The position numbers were made by a program, and so were the translations under genes. From NCBI RefSeq assembly GCF_902713615.1, contig NC_052146.1, positions 128,133,875 through 128,197,874 on the forward strand: a DNA stretch of 64,000 nt, read 5' to 3'. Origin of the DNA: Scyliorhinus canicula (Eukaryota). The first letter of the stretch is position 1. Every line of letters starts with the position of its first letter. Positions 52,201 through 62,425 of this stretch are shown here, one piece after another. The notes beneath the pieces are model-generated. The model did not search any database and had not been told where the DNA came from. It worked only from the letters and a program-made list of their open reading frames with translations.

Positions 52201-53122
52201 TCCTGCAGGTCCCACTCGGCATCCTGCAGGTCCCGCTCCGCATCCCGCAGGTCCCGCTCCGCATCCTGCAGGTCCCGCTCCGCATCCCGCTGGTCCCGCT
52301 CGGCATCCTGCAGGTCCCACTCGGCATCCTGCAGGTCCCGCTCCGCATCCTGCAGGTCCCGCTCCGCATCCCGCTGGTCCCGCTCGGCATCCTGCAGGTC
52401 CCGCTCGGCATCCTGCAGGTCCCGCTCGGCATCCTGCAGGTCCCACTCCGCATCCTGCAGGTCCCACTCCGCATCCTGCAGATCCAGCTTGGCATCCTGC
52501 AGGTCCTGCTCCGCATCCTGCAGATCCCACTCCGCATCCTGCAGGTCCCACTCCGCATCCTGCAGATCCAGCTTGGCATCCTGCAGGTCCCGCTCCGCAT
52601 CCCGCAGGTCCCGCTCGGCATCCTGCAGGTCCTGCTCCGCATCCTGCAGATCCCACTCCGCATCCTGCAGGTCCCACTCCGCATCCTGCAGATCCAGCTT
52701 GGCATCCTGCAGGTCCTGCTCCGCATCCTGCAGATCCAGCTTGGCATCCTGCAGGTCCAGCTCCGCATCCCGCTGGTCCCGCTCGGCATCCTGCTGGTCC
52801 CATTCGGCATCCTGCAGGTCCCGCTCCGCATCCTGCAGATCCCGCTCCGCATCCTGCAGATCCAGCTCGGCATCCTGCAGGTCCCACTCCGCATCCTGCA
52901 GGTCCCACTCCGCATCCTGCAGATCCAGCTTGGCATCCTGCAGGTCCTGCTCCGCATCCTGCAGGTCCCACTCCGCATCCTGCAGGTCCCACTCCGCATC
53001 CTGCAGATCCAGCTTGGCATCCTGCAGGTCCTGCTCCGCATCCTGCAGATCCAGCTTGGCATCCTGCAGGTCCTGCTCCGCATCCTGCAGATCCAGCTCA
53101 GCATCCCGCAGGTCCCGTTCGG
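49225..53122. repeat. 21-bp GC-rich minisatellite, left arm (consensus GCATCCTGCAGGTCCCGCTCC)
   Basis: About 180 units. 36-bp variant units at ~49470-49990 and scattered 20-bp units. Confidence 0.97.
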
Positions 53123-54371
53123 TGTGGTGAATTATAAACCTCAGTAATTCACACTGTATTGTACCACATGTATTGAGCCTGTACTCAATACAGGTTATTG
53201 AGTCATTAGGGCCCTGCATAGCATCTTCACCCTGTTTGGTTTCCCCAGCTACGTACACAGCGACAGGGATTCGTCCTTCATGAGCAACGAGCTGCGTCAG
53301 TACCTGCTCGACAAGGGCATCGCCTCGAGCATGACTACCAGCTACAACTCCAGGGGGAACGGGCAGGTGGAGAGGGAGAATGCAACGGTCTGGAAGACCA
53401 TCCTACTGACCCTCCGGTCCAGGAAGCTCCCGACTTCCCATTGGCAGGAGGTCCTCCCCGGCGTGCTCCATGCTATTAGGTCCCTCCTATGCACCGCCAC
53501 CAACCAGACCCCTCACGAGCGGCTCTTTTGTTTTTCCAGGGGCACTACCACGGGGGCCTCGCTCCCAGTATGGTTGAAGACACCGGGCCCAGTACTCCTC
53601 CAGAAGCACGTCAGGGCTCACAAAACTGACCCACTCATAAGAAGAGTGCTCCTACTCCACTCAAACCCCCAATACGCCTTCATAGAGTACCCTGACGGAC
53701 GTCAGGACACTGTATCTCTCCGGGACCTAGCGCCTGCAGGATCTAATCCCACCACTACCACCGCCGAGTTACCCCTCACACGACACCCCACCCAACTCGC
53801 CGCGCCCCACGCCCCCGCACCTATCGGTTTGCTACCCATGTTGCGCGCACCCGCGCTCACAAGCTTCCAGCGCCCCCCGTCACCAGTCGAACCAGGTGGG
53901 TATGAAGCTCGGACAGAATCACCCCCGGAGTCCGCCATCATCCAGCCACCGGAAGAGGCTGCAGCTCCGGTGCTCCGCCGATCACAACGGACAACTCGGT
54001 CACCGGACAGGCTCAATTTGTAGACCGATCACTGCCGCTGGACTTGATTTTTTTCCCAGGGGGTGAATGTGGTGAATTATAAACCTCAATAATTCACACT
54101 GTATTGTACCACATGTATTGAGCCTGTACTCTGTACCGGATTGTGTGTAATCACGCGGCCCTGCCCATAGGGGGAGATGAGGAGTTTGTACTGGGCTCCA
54201 CCCTTGGCTCCGTCCATGGCTCCTCCCCCAGCCGGAAGTATAAAGATCAGTGCTGTGATCCTGCTGCCAGTTCATCTCGAGTTCATCCCGTCACAGGCAG
54301 GCTCTGTTGTAAAACGATTAAAACCACTGTTCACTTCTAACCACGTGTTGCGTGAATTGATGGTCTCATCA
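53123..54371 (+). mobile_element. Internally deleted Gypsy LTR element inserted in the minisatellite
   Basis: First ~62 bp of the LTR (53123-53184) fused to the integrase core (ORF 53280-54023, HSDR...GNGQVEREN), PPT CCAGGGGGTGAA, full 3' LTR 54068-54371. TSD TTCGG/CTCGG. Confidence 0.9.
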
Positions 54372-57229
54372 CTCGGCATCCCGCAGGTCCCGCTCCACAT
54401 CCCGCAGGTCCCGCTCCGCATCCCGCAGGTCCCGCTCCGCATCCCGCAGGTCCCGCTCCGCATCCCGCAGATCCCGCTCCGCAACCTGCAGGTCCCGCTC
54501 CGCATCCCGCAGGTCCCGCTCCGCATCCTGCAGGTCCCGCTCCGCATCCCGCAGATCCCACTCCACATCCTGCAGGTCCCGCTCCGCATCCCGCAGGTCC
54601 GGCTCCGCATCCCGCAGGTCCCACTCCGCATCCTGCAGGTCCCGCTCCGCATCCCGCAGGTCCGGCTCCGCATCCCGCTGGTCCCACTCCGCATCCAGCA
54701 GGTCCCGCTCCGCATCCCACAGATCCCGCTCCGCATCCAGCAGGTCCCGCTCCGCATCCCGCAGATCCCACTCCGCATCCCGCAGGTCCCGCTCCACTTC
54801 CCGCAGATCCCGCTCCGCCTCCCGCTGGTCCGGCTCGGCATCCTGAGATCCCGCCCCGCATCCCGCAGGTCCGGCTCCGCATACCGCAGGTCCCACTCCG
54901 CATTCCGCTGGTCCCACTCCGCATCCAGCAGGTCCCGCTCCGCATCCCACAGATCCCGCTCCGCATCCAGCAGGTCCCGCTCCGCATCCCGCAGATCCCA
55001 CTCCGCATCCCGCAGGTCCCGCTCCGCATCCAGCAGGTCCCGCTCCGCATCCCGCAGGTCCCGCTCCGCTTCCCGCAGATCCCGCTCCGCATCCCGCAGG
55101 TCCGGCTCGGCATCCCGCAGATCCCGCTCCGCATCCCGCAGGTCCCGCTCCGCATCCCGCAGGTCCGGCTCATCATCCCGCAGGTCCCGCTCCGCATCCC
55201 GCAGGTCCGGCTCATCATCCCGCAGGTCCCGCTCCGCATCCCGCAGGTCCGGCTCATCATCCCGCAGGTCCCGCTCCGCATCCCGCAGGTCCGGCTCATC
55301 ATCCCACAGGTCCTGCTCCGCATCCCGCAGGTCCCGCTCCGCATCCCGCAGGTCCCGCCCCGCTTCCTGCAGGTCCCGCTCCGCATTCCGCAGATCCCGC
55401 TCCTCATCCTGCGGGTCCCGCTCGGCATCCTGCAGGTCCCGCTCGGCATCCTGCAGGTCCCACTCCGCATCCCGCAGATCCCGCTCCGCCTCCCGCTGGT
55501 CCGGCTCGGCATCCCGCAGGTCCCGCTCGGCATCCCGCAGGTCCCGCTTCGCATCCTGCAGATCCCGCTCGGCATCCTGCAGGTCCCGCTCCGCATCCCG
55601 CAGATCCCGCTCCGCCTCCCGCTGGTCCGGCTCAGCATCCTGCAGATCCAGCTCAGCATCCTGCAGATCCAGCTCAGCATCCCGCAGGTCCGGCTCGGCA
55701 TCCCGCAGGTCCCACTCGGCATCCTGCAGGTCCCGCTCGGCATCCTGCAGGTCCCACTCCGCATCCCGCAGGTCCCGCTCCGCATCCTGCAGGTCCCGCT
55801 CGGCATCCTGCAGGTCCCGCTCCGCATCCCGCAGGTCCCGCTCTGCATCCTGCAGATCCCGCTCCACCTCCCGCTGGTCCGGCTCGGCATCCTGCAGGTC
55901 CCGCTCGGCATCCCGCAGGTCCCGCTTCGCATCCTGCAGATCCCGCTCGGCATCCTGCAGGTCCCGCTCCGCATCCCGCAGATCCCGCTCCGCCTCCCGC
56001 TGGTCCGGCTCAGCATCCTGCAGATCCAGCTCAGCATCCCGCAGGTCCCACCCCGCTTCCTGCAGGTCCCGCTCCGCATTCCGCAGATCCCGCTCCTCAT
56101 CCTGCGGGTCCCGCTCCGCATCCTGCAGGTCCCGCTCGGCATCCTGCAGGTCCCACTCCGCATTCCGCAGATCCCGCTCCTCATCCTGCGGGTCCCGCTC
56201 CGCATCCTGCAGGTCCCGCTCGGCATCCTGCAGGTCCCGCTCCGCATTCCGCAGATCCCGCTCCTCATCCTGCGGGTCCCGCTCCGCATCCCGCAGGTCC
56301 CGCTCGGCATCCCGCAGGTCCCGCTTCGCATCCTGCAGATCCCGCTCGGCATCCTGCAGGTCCCGCTCCGCATCCCGCAGATCCCGCTCCGCCTCCCGCT
56401 GGTCCGGCTCAGCATCCTGCAGGTCCGGCTCAGCATCGTGCAGATCCAGCTCAGCATCCCGCAGGTCCGGCTCGGCATCCTGCAGGTCCGGCTCGGCATC
56501 CCGCAGGTCCCACTCGGCATCCTGCAGGTCCCGCTCGGCATCCTGCAGGTCCGGCTCGGCATCCCGCAGGTCCCACTCGGCATCCTGCAGGTCCCGCTCG
56601 GCATCCTGCAGGTCCCACTCCGCATCCCGCAGGTCCCGCTCCGCATCCTGCAGGTCCCGCTCGGCATCCCGCAGGTCCCGCTTCGCATCCTGCAGATCCC
56701 GCTCGGCATCCTGCAGGTCCCGCTCCGCATCCCGCAGATCCCGCTCCGCCTCCCGCTGGTCCGGCTCAGCATCCTGCAGGTCCGGCTCAGCATCGTGCAG
56801 ATCCAGCTCAGCATCCCGCAGGTCCGGCTCGGCATCCTGCAGGTCCGGCTCGGCATCCCGCAGGTCCCACTCGGCATCCTGCAGGTCCCGCTCGGCATCC
56901 TGCAGGTCCGGCTCGGCATCCTGCAGGTCCGGCTCGGCATCCCGCAGGTCCCGCTCGGCATCCTGCAGGTCCCGCTCCGCATCCTGCAGGTCCCGCTCCG
57001 CATCCTGCAGGTCCCGCTCGGCATCCTGCAGGTCCCGCTCTGCATCCTGCAGGTCCCACTCCGCATCCTGCAGGTCCCACTCCACATCCCGCAGATCCCG
57101 CTCCACATCCCGCAGAGCCCACCTCCTGCTGGTCCCGCTCCGCATCCTGCAGGTCCCGCTCCGCATCCTGCAGGTCCAGCTCAGCATCCCGCAGGTCCCG
57201 CTCCTCATCCTGCAGGTCCGGCTCAGCAT
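54372..57229. repeat. 21-bp minisatellite, right arm
   Basis: About 135 units with higher-order blocks of 17-19 units. Confidence 0.97.
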
Positions 57230-57291
57230 CATGTAGACTCATACAGCTGTCATCATGGTTGCAGGCACCAGTGCTGAAAGGGACAGATAGG

Positions 57292-57897
57292 AGGCACGAT
57301 TCTCCCATGCCGCGCCGTATGGGGGAATCGCCGTTCGCGCATTTTTCCTGCAGCGCCGGTCTAACGCCGGCAGGCGATTCTCCAAGGAGCGGAGAATCGG
57401 CACCATTTGCGCCGGTGCGTTTGCTGCGGCGCCGGTTGCGGGCCGCTGTCCGTGGCCGGGCTTCCGATTCTCCAGCCTTGATGGGCCGAGCGGCTGCGCG
57501 GAAACGGCAGTGTCCCATCAGCAGCGTTCATACCTGGTAGCTGCCGGTGGGAAATCTGCGCGAAGGGTCAGGGGCGGCCTGTGGGGTGGAAAAAAGCGCT
57601 CCTTCACTGGGGGGAGCCTCCAATGGGACCTGGCCCACGATCGGGGCCCACCGATCAGCAGGCCGGCCTCTCCAGCCCTGGCCCTACTTTATTATGCGGC
57701 CAGCCCCTGAACTCCTACGCCATGTTGCGTCGGGGCTGGCGAACTGAGGAAGTCCCCCATGCACGCGCGGGTTGGCGTGGCCCAATTGCGCATGTGCGGG
57801 TTGGCGTGGCGCCCATTCAAGCGCTGTGCTGGCCCCCTGTGGAACACAATAGCGTTCACGACGGCGCACTCTGTCTCCATTTCGGAGAATCGCTCCC
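57292..57897. mobile_element. Harbinger-type MITE
   Basis: TIRs AGGCACGATTCTCC / GGAGAATCGCTCCC. Interior partly similar to 35692-36382. Confidence 0.75.
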
Positions 57898-58195
57898 CTT
57901 GTCTCATAGTAGTCCCATAATCTGCTACAGCTGACTGTAGTCAGTGCTGAGGCACTGTGTGGATTTGGGTGGGGGAGATGAAAGTGCCTCTGTGCAGTCT
58001 GAATGAATACAAGTTATTGAACCCTCTCTTGGCATCAGGACTTGTGGTCTCCCAGATCCAACTATAGATGGCAAACTGCACGATAGTTGCTATTTTTCCT
58101 GTTCCAGCCTGGAAGGATCCACTGGCAAAATATATTCAGGTCCACAGTCACCTTGATATTCCCGGGCAGTGTCCCTCCCCCCCCGCTCCCCGAGT

Positions 58196-58284
58196 GCCGG
58201 TTTAAATCAGCTAGTTTGTGATGCAGAATAAGGCCAATTACACGAGTTTATTCCTGTTCTGGCTGAGGTTATTCATGAAGGCCC
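58196..58284 (+). mobile_element. SINE head (type 2), interrupted by the Gypsy LTR
   Basis: Homologous to the reverse complement of 38985-39075. Confidence 0.55.
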
Positions 58285-59866
58285 TGTTATATTACGTGAT
58301 TGTAATACATTGTTACTCTTTGCTTACTCCCAGAATGATCTGATGGTTGTCGTTCAATGAAACTATCAGTCTTCAATTTAAAGCAAACAACATTTAATGA
58401 ATAAAGAATATCAATACTAATGAGGTTGTTCACTCTTCACAACTATAACTGATGATAAAGTAAATCAGAAGAAGCATTAACTATGTTTAACAACACGTGC
58501 CAACTATGCTATATCTCTCTAAAACTCTGATGTCTCAGAGACCCTAGATCCTCTGAGTTCAGTTTATATACATGGATCTGGTGCTGCTGTCTAGTGGTTG
58601 TCAAGCATTATGATACAGTTATTAACCCTTTACATAGCAGCAGATATACAGATCACTACATCCCTCTTTTTTAAACATGTTTTCTGTGTATCAAAGAAAA
58701 TTGGATAACTTTATAACAATAAATTGAGATGTATAACTGTACAAAGCAAAAATGAGTAATGACGATACACAACAGTTGATATATTACAAGTTCAGCCTGT
58801 TTGGTTTCCTTCGTCGTCTTGTTGATTTTCTGAACTGACGAGGTGGTGTATGTGATGTTTTCACTGGCTTGTGCATGTCATCAGTATTTCTGGTATGCAT
58901 CAAAGTGTCATGAAAAATTGATTCTGTGAAATTTAAATTAGGAATAATTTGGTGGTGTAGTCCAATTTTCTGTAATGCATGCCTATTCCTATGGAGAATA
59001 ATGCCTTCCGCTGATTTCACTACGTAGGAGCATGGAGCTGCTTTCCTTAGGATTATTGCTGGAACAGACCAACCTCCATCCGGAATTTTTATTCTTACAA
59101 GGTCATTTGTATTGAGTGGTTCCAGTTGAGATGCATGTCTGTTGTAATATGACTGTTAACATCAACATTGCTTTTCCATCTTCTTTAACACTGGCAAGTG
59201 ATCTGGATTCTGCAGTCGAATAGATGGTAGAGTAGTTCTGAGATCCCGATTCATCAACATTTGAGACCGTGAGAGTCCAGAAGATAGTGACATACTCTAT
59301 AAGATAACGCAAGATGGATATCTGACGCTCAATCAATAGCTTTACTGATTAATTGTTTGACAATGTGAACACTCTTCTCCACCTTGCCCTTGGACTGAGG
59401 ATAGTGAGGGCTGGATGTCACATGTGTGAAGTTAACTTCTTTGAAAATTCGGTTCATTCAAAACTGTCAAAACATGGCCCATTGTCCGACATGACAGTGT
59501 CAGGTATTCCATGCCTTGAAAACGTTTCCTTGCATGCTTTAATAACTGATTTTGAAGTCAAATCCGGAAGTTTCATTACTTCTGGGAAATTAGAGTAGTA
59601 ATCAATAATTAAAACATTATCACGACCAATCGAGTGAAATAGGCCAATTCCTACTTTGGCCCAAGGAGAAGTAACTAATTTGTGCTGTTGCAGAGTCTCC
59701 TTGCATTGCACAGGTTGGCATGTTTCGCAGGTGATAACCATGTCAGTAATCTACCTATTTGTTTCTGGCCTGTCTCGCTTGTCATTTACACTTCTCGATC
59801 CCGAGGTGTATCTCATGAATCTGTTCAAGTATAGTGGAACAAAGACATTGTGGAATTACAAATCAG

Positions 59867-60583
59867 GGGCGAAATTCTCCGACCCCCAGCAGGGTCGGAG
59901 AATCGCCTGGGGCCGCCGAAATTCCCGCCCCCGCCGTGGCAGAGATTCTCCGCCACCCGGGAATTGGCGGGGGCGGGAATCACGCCACTCCGATCGGCGA
60001 GGCCCCTGCGGCGATTCTCCGGCCCGGATGTGCCAAAGTCCCGCCGCTGGGACGCCTCTCCCGCCGCCGAGGTTTGAACCACCTCTGGTGGCGGCGGGAT
60101 CGGCGCCGCGACCGGGCCCCCGGGGTCCTGGGGGGGAGGGGGGTGATCGGACCCCGGGGGTGCCCCCACGGTGGCCAGGCCCGTGATCGGGGACCCCCGC
60201 TCAGACTCCGGGCCAGTGCCCTGGGTGCACTCTTTCTCTTCCGCCGCCACCACGGCCGCCGCCACGGTGGAAGCGGAAGAGAAACCCAAATCGCGCATGC
60301 GCCGGTGGTGACTTCAGCCGCAGCAGGCTGCTGACGTCACCGCCGGCGCATGCGCCGACCGGCGAAAGCCTTTCGGCCAGCCCCGCTGCCGGGTGGCGGG
60401 CCTGAAAGGCCGCTGGCGCCGGTTTTTTGCGCCAGTCTTCTGGTGCCAACTGCTCCGACGCGGGGCTAGCCCCTAAAGGTGCGGAGAATTCCCCACCTTT
60501 GGGGAGGCCCGACCCCGGAGTGGTTGGTGCCACTCCCCTACGCCGGGACCCCCCGTCACGCCAGGTAGGGGAGAATCCTGCCC
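59867..60583. mobile_element. Harbinger-type MITE inside Gypsy pol
   Basis: TIRs GGGCGAAATTCTCC / GGAGAATCCTGCCC, TSD CAG. Same family as 35692-36382. Confidence 0.87.
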
Positions 60584-60969
60584 CAGTAGAGTTTCAAGAA
60601 TAGACCATCTACGTTTCTGTCCTGAGGACATTGCCCCTTCGGCCATCCATTTTGAAGATAGTGAATGACTCTTTGAAGTGATGGGTCTTTCTTTGTTTCT
60701 GTCTTAATTAAATTCAATTTCTCATCTGATGCAGGTAGGTTTTCTGCACAGAGTTGGGCCTGAGCCTCGACATCACGTATAAATTCAAATGGTAGACTGA
60801 CAGACGTGATGGAGCATGATAGAGTATCCGCAATAATGAAATCTTTCTCTCGCGTGCAGACTAGGTTTAAATCATACCATCATAGTTTCATCATTATCCT
60901 TTGAAGTCTTAGCGTCATATCATTGAGTTCCTTGTTGATTATGTGGACTAACGGCCTGTGATCCATCTC

Positions 60970-61360
60970 AACTACGCAATGGGCCGAAGTCCCGCCGCTG
61001 TCAGGCCTCTCCCGCCGATGTGGTTTAAACCACCTCTGTGCCGGCGGGATTGGCGGCGCGAGCGGGCCCCCGGGGTCCTAGGGGGGGCACGGGGCGATCA
61101 GGCCCCGGGGGGTGCCCCCATGGTGGCCTGGCCTGCGATCAAGGCTCACCGATTGGCCAGCGGGCCTGTGCCGTGGGGGCACTCTTTTTCCTCCGCCGCC
61201 GCCACGGCCTCCACCATGGCGGAGGCGGAAGAGACCCCTCCACCGCGCATGCGCCGGCGGTGACGTCAGCGGCTGCTGACGCTCCGGCGCATGCACGGAC
61301 TGACGCCGACCGGCGAAGGCCTTTCAGCCAGCCCCGATGGGTAGGGGAGAATTTTGCCTC
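60970..61360. mobile_element. Truncated copy of the same MITE family
   Basis: Interior matches ~35850-36200. Only the right TIR GGAGAATTTTGCC is present. Confidence 0.75.
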
Positions 61361-62341
61361 TAATCTGAATTGTCATCTCTTTGTAAGAGAACTGCGTATG
61401 TCACATCCTGACTTGCATCAGTGGATATTTTGGTTGCTCTTTTAGGATTGAAGAAAGCGAGTACTGGTGCTGGCATGAGTTGAGTTTTCAAATCTTGCTA
61501 TTCTTTCTGATGGTCCTCTGTCGATCCAAAAGGTGTAGATTTTTTTCTTAAAGCTGTTGTTCTTGCTGACAAGTTGGAGATGAACTTGCTTGGAAAGTTG
61601 ACGAAACCCTTTTGTCTTCTGGTGTCTTCATGTTCTGAATAGCTGCAATTTTTGCATCACCATGCTGAGAAATGGTGTCGCCTAAGAATTTGAGTGATGA
61701 CTGACCAAAAGTACATTTCGATTGATTGCATTTGAGGCCATATTTGTAAGATACACTTGCTTTAGACGTGCAATATGCTCTTCTCTGGTTGTAGACCACA
61801 TAATGATGTCGTCAACGTACACCTTCCTACCTTCAATTCCTTCCGTCATTTGTTCCTTGATCCTGTGGAATGTCTCAGATGCAGATATGATACCGAAAGG
61901 CATACGATTGAAACAAAATCTTCCAAATGGCGTGTTAAATGTGCAGAGTTGTCTGCTCGAGTCATCGAGTTGCATTTGCCGAAATCACTGTGACGCATCC
62001 AACTTCATAAAGATGCATGCATTCACCAGCTCACTGGTGATCACCTCGCGTTTTGGTATGGGATAGTATTCCCTTCTTATGTTCTTATTGAGATCCTTGG
62101 GATCAATGTAGATGCGAAGATCACCGGACGTTTTTTTTTATACAAACCAATAAACTGACCCAGTCAGTCGGTTTAGTGACTCGTGAGATTATCCCTTGGG
62201 TTTGATGTTGGCTTAGTTCTTACTTTGACCTTTCTCGCAAAAGGAGCAGGAATTCTCCTAAGTGAATGTACTACTGGCTTGCCATCCTTCCTTAGTAGAA
62301 TGTTATCTTGGAATAGTAGTACCCATGCCTCTGAAAACATT

Positions 62342-62423
62342 GTAAGAAGTCTTACAACACCAGGTTAAAGTCCAACAGGTTTGTTTCAAACACGAGCTTT
62401 CGGAGCACGGCTCCTTCTTCAGG
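62342..62423 (-). mobile_element. 82-bp Penelope-like / retrozyme-like mini-insertion
   Basis: 10-bp TSD TGAAAACATT at 62332-62341 and 62424-62433. Contains a hammerhead core. Confidence 0.75.
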
Positions 62424-62425
62424 TG
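62391..62425 (-). ncRNA. Minimal type I hammerhead ribozyme
   Basis: Minus strand CAC-CUGAAGA-A-GGAGC-CGU-GCUCC-GAAAGC-UC-GUG: stem I CAC/GUG, CUGANGA box, 5-bp stem II, GAAA box, palindromic AGCU stem III, UC cleavage site. Confidence 0.72.

Noticed and set aside
49225-57229. CRISPR-like array
   Set aside because: Head-to-tail repeats with no unique spacers, no cas genes, and eukaryotic context.
49060-57277. Very long ORFs (up to 1310 aa) in several frames
   Set aside because: They result from a stop-free 21-bp tandem repeat, are open on both strands, and shift frame at 20-bp units. Not called as genes.
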